Positions 9,381-20,205 of a stretch of DNA of 64,000 nucleotides are shown in pieces; the first letter of the stretch is position 1; each line of letters opens with the position of its first letter. This DNA comes from Acidobacteriota bacterium. Lineage in GTDB: Bacteria; Acidobacteriota; Thermoanaerobaculia; Gp7-AA8. Under the pieces are notes generated by a model, which saw only the letters and a list, made by a program, of their open reading frames with translations, was not told the origin of the DNA and made no database searches. The stretch covers positions 1 to 64,000 of the forward strand of contig JAFATB010000014.1 of the NCBI GenBank assembly GCA_019244185.1. Direction: 5' to 3'. The position numbers were made by a program, and so were the translations under genes.

Positions 9381-10747
9381 AGATCCCGTTTTCTCAGCTT
9401 GCGGAGATGGTTCACGGCACGCTCGTGCAGGGCGGCGACGTCGAGTCGAGCTCCGTCGTCATCGACTCGCGCGAAGTCAAACCCGGCGCCGCGTTTTTCG
9501 CAATCAAAGGCGAGCGCCTCGACGGACATCAGTTCCTCGCGCAGGCGCTGCAGACGGCCGCGGGTGCGGTCGTGTCGCGCGTGCCCGACGACGTGCCGCC
9601 CGGCAAAGGCATCGTCAAAGTCGATGACACGACCGAGGCGCTGCAGCAGCTCGCGAAATCGATCCGCGACAGCTCCGACTTTCTCGTCATCGGCATCACC
9701 GGCTCCGCCGGCAAGACCACGACGAAAGAGATGATCGCGACGGTCGTCGCGACCGAACGCCGCACGCACAAGTCGTGGGGCAACTTCAACAACCAGATCG
9801 GCGCGCCGCTCTGTCTCGACAACGTGCCGGACGGCGCGGAAGTCGTCGTCAGCGAGATGGGGATGAACCACGCCGGCGAGATCGCGCAGATCGCGGGCCT
9901 CATGCGCCCGCACGTCGGCGTTTACACGAACATCGCGCCGGTGCACATCGAATTCTTCGGCACGATCGAAGGCATCGCCGCCGCGAAACGCGAGCTCCTC
10001 GAGAACGTCGTGCCCGGCGGCACGATCATCATCAACAACGACAACGAGCACGTCGTGCGCATCAGCCGCGACTTCGAAGGCCGGCGCGTGACGTACGCCG
10101 TCGAGCACGAGGCCGAGTATCGCGCGACGAACATCCGCGAGCGCGGCCTCCTCGGCACGCGCTTCACGCTCGAAGCCGAAGGCGCCGCGCGCGACTTCGA
10201 TCTCGCGCTGCCCGGCCGCCACAACCTCGACAACCTCCTCGCCGCCATCGCCACCGCTCGCGCCATCGGCATCTCGTGGGAGAGCATCGAGCGCGGCGTG
10301 CGCGACGTGAAGCCCGCGTATCACCGCGGTGTCATCGTCGAGTGGCGCGGCGCGACGATCTACGACGATACGTACAACTCGAACCCGTACGCGCTGCAGC
10401 GCACGCTCGAGCTCATGACCCAGGCCGAAACGCGCGGCCGCCGCATCGCCGTCATCGGCGACATGCTGGAGCTCGGCGAACAGGAGCTGCAGTTTCACCG
10501 CGACGCGGGACGCGGCATTCCGAAGGCCGTCGACGTCGTCCTCGGCGTCGGCAAGCGCACGCGCGCGCTGCTCGAAGGCGCGCGCGAGGCCGGATTTGAC
10601 GAAAACGCACTGCACTACTTCGGCAACGCGCAGGACGCCGGCGCGTTTCTCATGGACGAGATCCGCGACGGCGATCTCGTCCTGATCAAAGGCTCGCGTG
10701 GCGTCGGCCTCGACAAGATCGTGACCATGCTGGAGGGCGCGCCGTAA
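9377..10747 (+). CDS. murF: UDP-MurNAc-pentapeptide synthetase MurF
   Basis: GITGSAGKTTTKEM, GNFNNQIG, EMGMNHAGEI, DDTYNSNP, GDMLELG, KGSRG. Confidence 0.97.
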   Translation: MKIPFSQLAEMVHGTLVQGGDVESSSVVIDSREVKPGAAFFAIKGERLDGHQFLAQALQTAAGAVVSRVPDDVPPGKGIVKVDDTTEALQQLAKSIRDSSDFLVIGITGSAGKTTTKEMIATVVATERRTHKSWGNFNNQIGAPLCLDNVPDGAEVVVSEMGMNHAGEIAQIAGLMRPHVGVYTNIAPVHIEFFGTIEGIAAAKRELLENVVPGGTIIINNDNEHVVRISRDFEGRRVTYAVEHEAEYRATNIRERGLLGTRFTLEAEGAARDFDLALPGRHNLDNLLAAIATARAIGISWESIERGVRDVKPAYHRGVIVEWRGATIYDDTYNSNPYALQRTLELMTQAETRGRRIAVIGDMLELGEQELQFHRDAGRGIPKAVDVVLGVGKRTRALLEGAREAGFDENALHYFGNAQDAGAFLMDEIRDGDLVLIKGSRGVGLDKIVTMLEGAP

Positions 10748-11835
10748 TGCTCTACCACCTGCTGTACAGCCTGCGGACGCACTTCGTCGGCTTCAACGTC
10801 TTCCGCTACATCACGTTCCGGACGGCGTTCGCCGCGCTGACCGCGCTCATGATCTCGTTCATCCTCGGCCCGTGGCTGATCGAGCGCATGCGCCGCATCA
10901 AGCTCGGTCAGTACATCCGCGAGGAAGGGCCGAAGTCGCACCAGCAGAAGGCCGGCACGCCGACGATGGGCGGCATCCTCATCAACGTCGCCATCCTGAT
11001 TCCGACCATTCTCTGGGCCGACATCTTCAACCCGTACATCTGGATCATCCTCTTCGTCACGTTCGCGTACGGCGCGATCGGCTTCGTCGATGACTATCGC
11101 AAGCTGATCAAGAAGCGGAACCTCGGCCTCACGCCGAAGGAGAAGTTCACCGCGCAGTTCGGCGTGGCGTTCCTGGCCGCGCTCGCGATCGCGTATCTGC
11201 CGATGCTGAAGAACAACTACTCGACCGCGATCACGTTTCCGTTCGTGAAGCAGGTCGTGCTCAACCTCGGCTTCCTCTACATCCCCTTCGTGATGGTGAT
11301 CCTCGTCGGCGCGTCGAACGCGGTGAACCTCACCGACGGTCTCGACGGCCTCGCCATCGGCTCGACGCTCATCGCCGCCGTCACGTACACCGTGCTCACG
11401 TACGCGGCAGGCCACGCGCGCATCGCCGACTACCTCCGCATCGCGTGGGTGCCGCAGACCGGCGAGCTGGCGGTGTTCTGCGGCGCGATGGTCGGCGCCT
11501 CGCTCGGCTTCCTCTGGTTCAACGCGCATCCCGCCGAGATCTTCATGGGCGACGTCGGATCGCTGGCATTGGGCGGCGCGATCGGCTGCCTCGCCGTGAT
11601 GATCAAGCAGGAGATCCTGCTCGTGCTCGTCGGCGGTCTGTTCGTCGTCGAGGCGCTGTCGGTCATTCTGCAGGTCGCGTCGTTCAAGCTCACCGGCAGG
11701 CGCATCTTCAAGATGTCGCCGTTGCACCATCACTTCGAGCTGTCGGGCTGGAGAGAAACCAAAGTCGTCGTGCGCTTCTGGATCATCGCGATCATGTTCG
11801 CGATGATGAGCCTCGCGACCTTGAAACTGCGATGA
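10747..11835 (+). CDS. mraY: Phospho-N-acetylmuramoyl-pentapeptide transferase
   Basis: KAGTPTMGG, NAVNLTDGLDGLA, FMGDVGSLALG, PLHHHFE. Confidence 0.98.
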   Translation: MLYHLLYSLRTHFVGFNVFRYITFRTAFAALTALMISFILGPWLIERMRRIKLGQYIREEGPKSHQQKAGTPTMGGILINVAILIPTILWADIFNPYIWIILFVTFAYGAIGFVDDYRKLIKKRNLGLTPKEKFTAQFGVAFLAALAIAYLPMLKNNYSTAITFPFVKQVVLNLGFLYIPFVMVILVGASNAVNLTDGLDGLAIGSTLIAAVTYTVLTYAAGHARIADYLRIAWVPQTGELAVFCGAMVGASLGFLWFNAHPAEIFMGDVGSLALGGAIGCLAVMIKQEILLVLVGGLFVVEALSVILQVASFKLTGRRIFKMSPLHHHFELSGWRETKVVVRFWIIAIMFAMMSLATLKLR

Positions 11836-13145
11836 GCCGGATCCTCGTACTCGGGGCCGGCAAGTCCGGCGTCGCCTCGGCGAACTACCTCGCGCAGCGA
11901 GGCGACGACGTCGTGCTCACCGACGTGAGCGCGCATCCGAATCTGCCGTTTCCGCTCGACCCGCGCGTCGCGCGCGAGTTCGGACGTGACGACGACGCAT
12001 TGCTCGACGGCATCACCTCGATCGTGCTCAGCCCCGGCGTGCCGATGACCATTCCTCTGCTGCAGCACGCGGCCGCGCGAGCGATTCCGGTCATCGGCGA
12101 GATCGAGCTCGCGTACCGGAACCTCAAAGGCACGATCATCGCCGTCACCGGCTCGAACGGAAAGTCGACCACCACCGCGCTCATCGGCGAGATCCTGCGC
12201 GTCGCCGGACGCCAGCCGATCGTGGCCGGCAACATCGGCGAGCCGCTCATCGCCGCGCTCGATCCCGACAAAGCGCGCACGTACGTGCTCGAGCTCTCGT
12301 CGTTCCAGCTCGAATCCGTCGATACCTTTCACGCCGACATCGCGCTGCTGCTCAACATCACGCCCGATCACATGGATCGCTATCCGAACTTCGACGCGTA
12401 CGCCGCGGCGAAATACCGGATCTTCCGCAACCAGCGCTCCGGCGACGTGGCCATCGTGAACGGCATCGAGCGCCGCTCGCTCGCGCGCGAGACGCCGGGG
12501 CGCGTCTGGCGTTTCTCCGCGACGAAGCGCGTCGACGAAGGCGCGTGGCTCGACGGCGATCAGCTCGTGCTCTCCGTCGGCGGCGACACGCGCCGCATTC
12601 CGCGCGCCTCGCTCGCATTGCAGGGCACCGCGAACGTCGAGAACGCGCTCGCCGCGTGGCTCGCCGCGCGCGCCGCCGGCGTCGACGACGTCGACGTGCA
12701 GATCGCGTTCGGCACGTTCCAGGGCCTGCCGCACCGCATGGTGCTCGTGCGCGAGCTCGACGGCGTGCGCTGGATCAACGACTCGAAAGGGACGAACGTC
12801 GACGCCACGCTCAAGTCGCTCGAAAGCTTCGGCGACGGCAGCGTGATCCTCATCCTCGGCGGCAAGGACAAGGCCGGCGAGTTCGAGCGGATGCGCGACC
12901 TCGTGGCCGCGAAAGCGCGCGCGGTCCTGACCATCGGCCACGCGGCCGAGCGCATCGGCGAAGCGCTCGAAGGTTCCAGCGCGATCGTGCCGTCCGAAGA
13001 CATGCAGCGCGCCGTCGCGTGGGCGCGCGCGAACGCGAAGTCCGGCGAGACCGTGCTGCTCTCACCGGCGTGCGCGAGCTTCGATCAGTACCGCAACTTC
13101 GAACATCGCGGCGAGCACTTCGAGGAACTGGTGAGAGCGTTATGA
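11832..13145 (+). CDS. murD: UDP-MurNAc-L-Ala-D-Glu ligase
   Basis: MSRILVLGAGKSG, VTGSNGKSTTT, ELSSFQL, NDSKGTN, LSPACASFDQY. ATGA overlap with mraY. Confidence 0.97.
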   Translation: MSRILVLGAGKSGVASANYLAQRGDDVVLTDVSAHPNLPFPLDPRVAREFGRDDDALLDGITSIVLSPGVPMTIPLLQHAAARAIPVIGEIELAYRNLKGTIIAVTGSNGKSTTTALIGEILRVAGRQPIVAGNIGEPLIAALDPDKARTYVLELSSFQLESVDTFHADIALLLNITPDHMDRYPNFDAYAAAKYRIFRNQRSGDVAIVNGIERRSLARETPGRVWRFSATKRVDEGAWLDGDQLVLSVGGDTRRIPRASLALQGTANVENALAAWLAARAAGVDDVDVQIAFGTFQGLPHRMVLVRELDGVRWINDSKGTNVDATLKSLESFGDGSVILILGGKDKAGEFERMRDLVAAKARAVLTIGHAAERIGEALEGSSAIVPSEDMQRAVAWARANAKSGETVLLSPACASFDQYRNFEHRGEHFEELVRAL

Positions 13146-14236
13146 GTCGCAAGCTCTCGTTCGACACCTCGCTCTTCGGCGCCGCCACGCTCATCGTCGT
13201 GATCGGCCTTGTGATGATCTACAGCGCGTCGGCGATGCTGGCCACGCAGCGCTTCGGCCACGGCGCGTCGTACTTTTTCATGCGGCAGCTCGTGTTCCTC
13301 GCCGCGGGCGCGATGGCGATGGTGTTCCTGATGAACGTCAACCCGGCGCTGCTGCAGGATCGCCGCGTCCTCTACACCGGCCTCGGCGCGATCGGTCTTT
13401 TTCTCATCGTCGCGCTGTTCCAGTCGCCGATCAACGGCACGCACCGCTGGATCGTGCTGCCGTGGTTTCAGCTGCAGCCGTCGGAGTTCGCGAAGCCGGC
13501 CATCGTGCTGTTCCTCGCGTCGTTCCTCGCGCGGCGCGAGGAGCGCATCAACGACCTCACCACGACCATCCTGCCGGTCGGCTTCATCCTCGCGCTCTTC
13601 GCGGGACTGATTCTGCTCGGCCGCGACTTCGGCACCGCCACGACGCTCGTGCTCGTCGCCGCGGGGATGATCTTCGCGGCCGGCATCGCGTGGCGTTACG
13701 TCGCGCTCATCGGCATCGCGCTCGTGCCGGTGGCCGGCTACTTCGCGCTCAGCGCCGCGTATCGCCGCGAGCGCGTGCTGACGTTTCTGAATCCCGAGGC
13801 CGATCCGCTGGACAAAGGGTTCCAGGCGCTGCAGTCGCTCATCGCGCTCGGCACCGGCGGCTTGTCCGGACTCGGCATCGGCAACGGACGACAGAAGCTC
13901 TTCTTCCTGCCCGAGCCGCACACGGACTTCATCTTCTCGATCATCGGCGAGGAGCTCGGATTCCTCGGCGCGATCGCGCTGCTCGCGCTCTTCGGGTTCC
14001 TCGCGTGGCGCGGCTTCCGGATCGCGCGCGACAGCCAGGATCGTTTCGCGTTCTACGCGGCGCTCGGCTGCACGCTGATGATCGCGGTGCAGGCGCTGGT
14101 CAACGTCAGCGTCGCGCTGTGCCTCCTGCCGACGAAAGGCTTGCCGCTGCCGCTCGTGAGCTACGGAGGCTCGTCGCTGATCGCGAGCCTCATCGCGGTC
14201 GGGCTGCTCCTCAACTTCTCACAACAATCCGGCTGA
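13142..14236 (+). CDS. ftsW: Peptidoglycan glycosyltransferase FtsW (SEDS)
   Basis: QPSEFAK, LPEPHTDFIFSIIGEELG, PTKGLPLPLVSYGGSS. ATGA overlap with murD. Confidence 0.97.
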   Translation: MSRKLSFDTSLFGAATLIVVIGLVMIYSASAMLATQRFGHGASYFFMRQLVFLAAGAMAMVFLMNVNPALLQDRRVLYTGLGAIGLFLIVALFQSPINGTHRWIVLPWFQLQPSEFAKPAIVLFLASFLARREERINDLTTTILPVGFILALFAGLILLGRDFGTATTLVLVAAGMIFAAGIAWRYVALIGIALVPVAGYFALSAAYRRERVLTFLNPEADPLDKGFQALQSLIALGTGGLSGLGIGNGRQKLFFLPEPHTDFIFSIIGEELGFLGAIALLALFGFLAWRGFRIARDSQDRFAFYAALGCTLMIAVQALVNVSVALCLLPTKGLPLPLVSYGGSSLIASLIAVGLLLNFSQQSG

Positions 14237-14247
14237 AGGACATCGAC

Positions 14248-15342
14248 ATGGGCGTGACGGGCGTGAAGACATTGATGATCGCGGGCGGCGGGACCGGAGG
14301 CCACATCTATCCCGCGATCGCGGTCGCGCGCGAATTTCTCGCGCGTGATGCCTCGCGCCGCGTCGTCTTCGTCGGCACCGAGCGCGGACTCGAAAAGCAG
14401 ATCGTGCCGAAGGCGGGCTTTCCGCTCGAGTTCATCCAGGTCGGCGGACTGAAAGGCAAAGGCGGACTCGATCTGCTGCGCAACCTCGCCCGCCTGCCGC
14501 TCGGCTTCATTCAGGCGTTTCGTCTCATCGGCAAACATCGGCCGAGCGTCGTCATGGGCGTCGGCGGCTACTCGTCCGGACCGGTGCTGCTCGCTGCAAT
14601 CCTGCGCCGCGTGCCGACGATCATTCACGACGCGAACGCGTTTCCCGGCGTCGCGAACCGCGCGGTCGCACGCTTCGTCACCGCCGCCGCTGTCGCGTTC
14701 GCGGAAGCCGCGCCGCGACTGAAACGCGCCGATGCCGTCGTCACCGGCAACCCGATCCGCGCGGAGTTCTTCAGCGCGCAGCGCCCGCCGCGCGGCGCGA
14801 AGCAGCGGCTGCTCATCTTCGGCGGGTCGCAGGGCTCGCGCGTCATCAACGACGCGATGGCCGGCGCGCTGCTGTTTCTCGCGCGCCTCAAAGACACGCT
14901 CGACATCGTCCATCAGACGGGGCCGAACGATCTCGAGCGGATCCGCGAGTCGTATCGCACGTCCGCGTTCAGTGACGCGCGCGTCGTTCCGTATCTCGAC
15001 CCGATCGTCGACGAGCTCGCGGCGGCGGACCTCGTGGTCTGCCGCGCCGGCGCGATGACGCTCGGCGAGCTCGCGGCGGTCGGGCGCGGCGCGGTGCTCA
15101 TCCCGTTCGCGGCGGCCACGAACAACCATCAGGAGCTCAACGCGCGCGTCGTCGAAGCGGCCGGCGGCGCGGTGGTGATCACGGAAAAAGAATTGACGCC
15201 GGAGCGTCTCGCGTCGGCGATCGAGAGCATCGCCGCCGACGGCGAGCGCGCGCGGCGGATGGGCGAGGCGGCGAAGACGCTGGCCGTTCCCGACGCAACA
15301 AAAAGAATTGTCGATTTGATCGAGAAAATCGCGGCACTTTAA
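14248..15342 (+). CDS. murG: Lipid II synthase (GlcNAc transferase) MurG
   Basis: AGGGTGGHIYPA, GVGGYSS, TGNPIR, FGGSQG, CRAGAMT, HQELNA. Confidence 0.97.
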   Translation: MGVTGVKTLMIAGGGTGGHIYPAIAVAREFLARDASRRVVFVGTERGLEKQIVPKAGFPLEFIQVGGLKGKGGLDLLRNLARLPLGFIQAFRLIGKHRPSVVMGVGGYSSGPVLLAAILRRVPTIIHDANAFPGVANRAVARFVTAAAVAFAEAAPRLKRADAVVTGNPIRAEFFSAQRPPRGAKQRLLIFGGSQGSRVINDAMAGALLFLARLKDTLDIVHQTGPNDLERIRESYRTSAFSDARVVPYLDPIVDELAAADLVVCRAGAMTLGELAAVGRGAVLIPFAAATNNHQELNARVVEAAGGAVVITEKELTPERLASAIESIAADGERARRMGEAAKTLAVPDATKRIVDLIEKIAAL

Positions 15343-15369
15343 TTTAGAATTTCAAGAGATCAGTTCAGG

Positions 15370-16722
15370 ATGAATTTTGATCGAATTAGCGCCATCCATT
15401 TCGTCGGCATCGGCGGAATCGGCATGAGCGGCCTGGCGGAGATCCTGGCCAATACCGGCATCTCCGTCTCCGGGTGCGACCTCAAACGTTCCGCGGCCAC
15501 GGACCTCCTCGCGCGCCGCGGCATCTCCGTCTCCATCGGTCACGATCCCGCGCACGTCGCGGGACAGGACCTCGTCGTCGTCACCGCCGCGGTCAAAGGC
15601 GAGCACGCGGAAATCGATGCCGCGCGCATCGCCGGCGTGCGCATCATGAAACGCTCCGAGGTTCTCGGCGCGATCGTCAATGCGAAGCGGTCGGTCGGCG
15701 TGTCGGGCACGCACGGCAAGACCACCACCTCCGCAATGATCGCGACGGTGCTCGAAGAGGCGGGACTCGATCCGACGATGCTCGTCGGCGGAATGGTCCG
15801 CAACTTCCAGACGAATGCGAAGAGCGGCGCGAGCGACTTCCTAGTCGTCGAAGCCGACGAATACGACCGCACGTTCCACCACCTCCGCCCCGAGATCGCG
15901 GTGGTCACGAACGTCGAGGCCGATCATCTCGAGTACTACCAGTCGCTCGAGAACATCGTCGAGGCGTTCCGCATCTTCCTCGGCCGCGTGAAGCCCGGCG
16001 GCGCGATCATCGGCTGCGTCGACGATCCGCTCGTCGCCGAACTGCTCGACGGCGTCGACGGCACCGTCGTCCGCTACGGTCTCTCGGAACGCGCCGAGCT
16101 GCGCGCGACGAATCTGCAGTTCGCCGAGCGCGGGCTGTCGTTCGAGATCGAAGGCGTCGGCCACTTCAAGCTGTTCGTGCCCGGCGAGCACAACGTGCGC
16201 AACGCGCTCGCGGCGATCGCCGTCGGTCTGCAGCTCGGCATCGCGCCGCACGCGATCGCCACCGCGCTCGCCCGCTTCCTCGGCGTCGACCGGCGCTTCC
16301 AGATTCTCGGCGACTACCTCGGCGCGATCGTCGTCGACGACTACGCGCATCATCCGACCGAGATCCGCGCGACGCTCGAAGCCGCGCGCCGCGGCTATCC
16401 GGGACGCCGCGTCGTCGCGCTGTTCCAGCCGCACCTCTACTCGCGGACGCGCGACTTCGCTCGCGAGTTCGCCGAGGCGCTGCGGATCGCGGACGTGCCG
16501 ATCGTTGCGCCAATTTATGCGGCGCGCGAGCAGCCGGTCGAAGGCGTCTCCGCGCGCCTCATCGCCGACGGCGCGAAAGGCATCGAATTCCTCGACCGCA
16601 GCAACGCGCAGATCGTCAACGAGATGCGCCGCCGCCTCGAGGCGAACGACATCTTCATCACGATGGGCGCGGGCGACGTGCACGAGGTCGCGGAAGAGTT
16701 GGTGAGGGGAGGCGTCGCGTGA
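15370..16722 (+). CDS. murC: UDP-MurNAc-L-alanine ligase
   Basis: HFVGIGGIGMSGLA, GTHGKTTTS, EADEYD, DDYAHHPTEI, FQPHLYSRT. Confidence 0.98.
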   Translation: MNFDRISAIHFVGIGGIGMSGLAEILANTGISVSGCDLKRSAATDLLARRGISVSIGHDPAHVAGQDLVVVTAAVKGEHAEIDAARIAGVRIMKRSEVLGAIVNAKRSVGVSGTHGKTTTSAMIATVLEEAGLDPTMLVGGMVRNFQTNAKSGASDFLVVEADEYDRTFHHLRPEIAVVTNVEADHLEYYQSLENIVEAFRIFLGRVKPGGAIIGCVDDPLVAELLDGVDGTVVRYGLSERAELRATNLQFAERGLSFEIEGVGHFKLFVPGEHNVRNALAAIAVGLQLGIAPHAIATALARFLGVDRRFQILGDYLGAIVVDDYAHHPTEIRATLEAARRGYPGRRVVALFQPHLYSRTRDFAREFAEALRIADVPIVAPIYAAREQPVEGVSARLIADGAKGIEFLDRSNAQIVNEMRRRLEANDIFITMGAGDVHEVAEELVRGGVA

Positions 16723-17519
16723 ACTTCGACACCACCGCCTCCCGTTTCCTCCGCCCCACCGACGTTGCGCGCCTGCGCCGCAATCAGCGCCGCATTCAGG
16801 TGCAGCGCCTAGCGATCATCATCCGCAACGCGCTGCTGGCGGCGGTGCTCGCCGCCGCCGCGCTTTGGGCGTGGCGGCAGACGCAGGCCAGCGCGCGGTT
16901 CGCCGTGCGCACGATCGAGCTCGCGGGCGTCGTGCACACGCCGCGCGCGGCCATCGAAAGCGTCACGCGGCAATACGTCGGCCTCAATCTCTTCCGCATC
17001 GACATCGCCCGCGTGCAGCGCGATCTCGCGCACCTCGGCTGGGTCAAGCGCATCGACATCGAGAAGACCATTCCCGACACGCTGCGCATCAAGATCACCG
17101 AGCGCGCACCGGTGGCGCTGCTGCGCGACGGCGAACGCCTGCTCTACGTCGACGACGAAGGCACCGGCTTCGCGGAGCTCGCGCCGTCGGTGGGCGACGA
17201 CGACCTGCCGGTGATCGTCGACGCGCAGGGCGACGAGCTCGCGCGGACGATCGCGATGCTGCGCGAGCTGCGCGCGCGCGACCGCGAGCTCTACGCGCGC
17301 GTCTCCGAGGTGCGGCCCATTCCGCCGCGTGGCTTCGCGCTGTTCGATCGCCAGCTCGGCGCGTTCGTCTACGCCGACGCCGATCGTCTTGCGGAAAAGT
17401 GGCGCAGCCTCTACGCGATCCTGCGCGCCGAGAACCAGCCCCACATCGAATACGCGGATCTGCGCTTTGCCGATCGCGTCATTGTGAAAGCGTTGGAGAC
17501 AAGTCATGTCCAGAACTGA
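16719..17519 (+). CDS. ftsQ: Cell division protein FtsQ/DivIB
   Basis: GTGA overlap with murC; TM, POTRA-like region (NLFRID...WVKRIDIEKTIPDTLRIKITERAP) and C-terminal YADLRF. Confidence 0.9.
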   Translation: MNFDTTASRFLRPTDVARLRRNQRRIQVQRLAIIIRNALLAAVLAAAALWAWRQTQASARFAVRTIELAGVVHTPRAAIESVTRQYVGLNLFRIDIARVQRDLAHLGWVKRIDIEKTIPDTLRIKITERAPVALLRDGERLLYVDDEGTGFAELAPSVGDDDLPVIVDAQGDELARTIAMLRELRARDRELYARVSEVRPIPPRGFALFDRQLGAFVYADADRLAEKWRSLYAILRAENQPHIEYADLRFADRVIVKALETSHVQN

Positions 17520-18735
17520 AGACAAGTACATCGTCGCTCTCGACATCGGCACCTCGAAGGTCTGCGCCCTCGTCGGCGAGATCAACGACCGCGGTCACGT
17601 CGAGATCATCGGCAAAGGCACCTCGCCGATGAAAGGCACGCGCCGCGGCAACATCATCAACCTCGATCAGGCGATCGACGCCGTGAAGAAGGCGGTCGAT
17701 GAAGCGGAGGTGATGGCGGGGCTGCAGATCGAATCGGCGTATGTGGGAGTGGCGGGCGATCACATTCGCTCGGTGAACTCGCGCGGCGTCGTCTCGGTGA
17801 TGGGCAAGCACAAGGAGATCGGGCGCGAGGACATCGATCGGGTGATCGAAGCCTCGAAGTCGATCGCCATTCCCGCCGAGCTCGAGCTGCTGCACGTCAT
17901 CCCGCGCGAGTTCGTCGTCGACGGGCAGGACGGCATTCATGATCCGCTCGGCATGACCGCGACGCGCCTCGAGGCGAACGTGCACATCGTCACCGGCGCA
18001 CGCACGCACGACCAGAACATCCTCACGTGCGTCAACAAGGCCGGCATCGCCGTGCACGAGCTCGTGCTCGAACAGCTCGCCGCGGCCGAAGCCGTGCTGA
18101 CGCAGGACGAGCGCGAGATGGGCGTGCTGCTGATGGACATCGGCGGCGGAACGACCGACTACGCGGTCTTCCTCGAAGGCAACGTGGTGCACACGAACGT
18201 GCTGCCGGTCGGCGCCGGACACTTCACGAGCGACATCAGCGTCGTGCTGCGCACGCCGATGGAAGACGCGGAGCGCATCAAGAAGCGTTACGGCTGCGCG
18301 CTCGCGTCGCTCGTGACCGAAGACGATCCGATCGAAGTGCCGACCGTCGGCGGACGCGCGCCGAAGATCCTCAGCCGGCAGGAGCTCACCGGCATCCTCG
18401 AGCCGCGCGCCGCGGAGATCGCGAAGCTCGTCTACCGCGACCTCGAGAAAGTGGGACTGGACAAGGAGATCCGCTCCGGCGTCGTGCTCGTGGGCGGCGG
18501 CGCGGAGATGGACGGCATGGTGGAGATGGTCGAGCAGGTGTTCGACCAGCAGGCCCGCCGCGGCGTGCCGCGCGGCGTGGGGGGTCTCTCCGACACCGTC
18601 GGCGGACCGGAGTGGGCGGCGGCGGTGGGGCTGCTGCTGTGGGGACTCAAAGATCAGTCGCGCGTGCGGAAGCGCCCGCGCAAGGGTCTGGCGAAAGTCG
18701 CGGACTCGTTCAAATCGCTGTTTGCGTGGACATGA
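17506..18735 (+). CDS. ftsA: Cell division protein FtsA
   Basis: [33 protein letters not shown]. Confidence 0.98.
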   Translation: MSRTEDKYIVALDIGTSKVCALVGEINDRGHVEIIGKGTSPMKGTRRGNIINLDQAIDAVKKAVDEAEVMAGLQIESAYVGVAGDHIRSVNSRGVVSVMGKHKEIGREDIDRVIEASKSIAIPAELELLHVIPREFVVDGQDGIHDPLGMTATRLEANVHIVTGARTHDQNILTCVNKAGIAVHELVLEQLAAAEAVLTQDEREMGVLLMDIGGGTTDYAVFLEGNVVHTNVLPVGAGHFTSDISVVLRTPMEDAERIKKRYGCALASLVTEDDPIEVPTVGGRAPKILSRQELTGILEPRAAEIAKLVYRDLEKVGLDKEIRSGVVLVGGGAEMDGMVEMVEQVFDQQARRGVPRGVGGLSDTVGGPEWAAAVGLLLWGLKDQSRVRKRPRKGLAKVADSFKSLFAWT

Positions 18736-18756
18736 TTTTTCATTCGTGAAAATTGT

Positions 18757-18785
18757 TTGAAAGTCGTACACGAAATGCTTACTAT
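18757..18785 (+). promoter_or_regulatory. Putative sigma70 promoter for ftsZ
   Basis: TTGAAA-17 nt-TACTAT in the AT-rich ftsA-ftsZ gap, followed by GGGAGA RBS. Confidence 0.65.
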
Positions 18786-18800
18786 CCTGGGAGACGGTAA

Positions 18801-20111
18801 ATGATCACGTTTGACGAACGACCTGGCGACGGATCGCTGGCGGTCACGCTCGATGAAGAGCTGCACCTCGGCGCGAAGATCAAGGTCATCGGGGTTGGTG
18901 GGGGTGGCGGGAATGCCGTCAACCGGATGATCCAGGCAGGCATTCGCGGCGTCGAGTTCCTCGTCGCGAATACGGACCTGCAGGCCATGCGCGCCTCGCT
19001 CGCGCCGGTGAAGCTGCAGATCGGCGGGAAGCTGACCAAAGGCCTCGGCGCCGGCGCCAATCCCGAGATCGGCAAGGAAGCCGCGCTCGAAGACACCGAT
19101 CGCATCCTCGAGGCGCTCAGCGGCGCCGACATGATTTTCATCACCACCGGCATGGGCGGCGGTACCGGCACCGGAGCCGCGCCGATCATGGCCTCGCTGG
19201 CCGCGGAGCTCGGCGCGCTGACGGTCGCCGTCGTGACGAAGCCGTTCGGCTTCGAAGGCAAGCGCCGCCGCGTGCAGGCCGAACACGGCATCCGCGCGCT
19301 GCGCGACACCGTCGATACGCTCATCACCATTCCGAACGAACGGCTGCTGAACTTCGTCGAGCGGGGAACGTCGCTCTCCGACGCGTTCAAGATCGCCGAC
19401 GACATCCTGCGCCAGGCGGTGCAGGGCATCTCCGATCTCATCACCGTTCCCGGCGAGATCAACCTCGACTTCGCGGACGTGAAAACGATCATGCACGGCA
19501 TGGGCATGGCGCTCATGGGCACAGGCGTCTCGTCCGGCGAGCATCGCGCCGTCGAGGCCGCGCAGCGCGCGATCTCGTCGCCGCTGCTCGAGGAAGCGTC
19601 GATCGAAGGCGCGAAGGGCGTGCTGATCAACGTGACCGGCGGCCCGGACATGACGCTTTTCGAAGTGCACGAGGCGGCGTCGATCATTCAGGAAGCGGCC
19701 GACGAGGAAGCGAACATCATCTTCGGCACGGTCATCGATCCGAAGATGCGCGACGAGGTGAAGGTGACGGTCATCGCCACCGGCTTCGACGCGGCCACGA
19801 AAGGCTTGCTGAACGCGCGCGGTGAATCGCTGTCATCCGCGCACGCGCGCGCGGCGTCGACGTCGTCATCGTCCGCGGCGCAGGCGGAGAAGCCCGTGCC
19901 GTACCGCCCGTTCGCGCCGAAGGAAATCGCCGCGCAGCACGAAGAGCCCGCGCCGCCGCAGATCGGCGCCGAGGGAGAGATTTACGATCCACCCTTTTTT
20001 CGAAGAGGCTTCACCCGCGCCGATGGTTCGGGAGGATTCGGCCCGATGGCGTCGAGTGATTTCGGCAATGATCTCGACATTCCGACGGTGATTCGCAATC
20101 TGAGCGATTAG
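18801..20111 (+). CDS. ftsZ: Cell division protein FtsZ
   Basis: [32 protein letters not shown]-terminal DLDIPT. Confidence 0.99.
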   Translation: MITFDERPGDGSLAVTLDEELHLGAKIKVIGVGGGGGNAVNRMIQAGIRGVEFLVANTDLQAMRASLAPVKLQIGGKLTKGLGAGANPEIGKEAALEDTDRILEALSGADMIFITTGMGGGTGTGAAPIMASLAAELGALTVAVVTKPFGFEGKRRRVQAEHGIRALRDTVDTLITIPNERLLNFVERGTSLSDAFKIADDILRQAVQGISDLITVPGEINLDFADVKTIMHGMGMALMGTGVSSGEHRAVEAAQRAISSPLLEEASIEGAKGVLINVTGGPDMTLFEVHEAASIIQEAADEEANIIFGTVIDPKMRDEVKVTVIATGFDAATKGLLNARGESLSSAHARAASTSSSSAAQAEKPVPYRPFAPKEIAAQHEEPAPPQIGAEGEIYDPPFFRRGFTRADGSGGFGPMASSDFGNDLDIPTVIRNLSD

Positions 20112-20205
20112 GCATTGATTCAAACCGGACTCGTTCCGGTGCCGGTGCACCCCTCATGTGCACCAACAAGGTCCGGGGGAGAGGGCCCCGGGACCACTGC
20201 TCCCG

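Noticed and set aside
11445-17519. N-terminally extended ORF-track versions of murD, ftsW, murG and ftsQ (likewise rodA, mreB, GT2, AraC)
   Set aside because: The extensions overlap upstream genes in another frame and are Arg/Ala-rich noise. True starts were reassigned using ATGA/GTGA overlaps and family N-termini.
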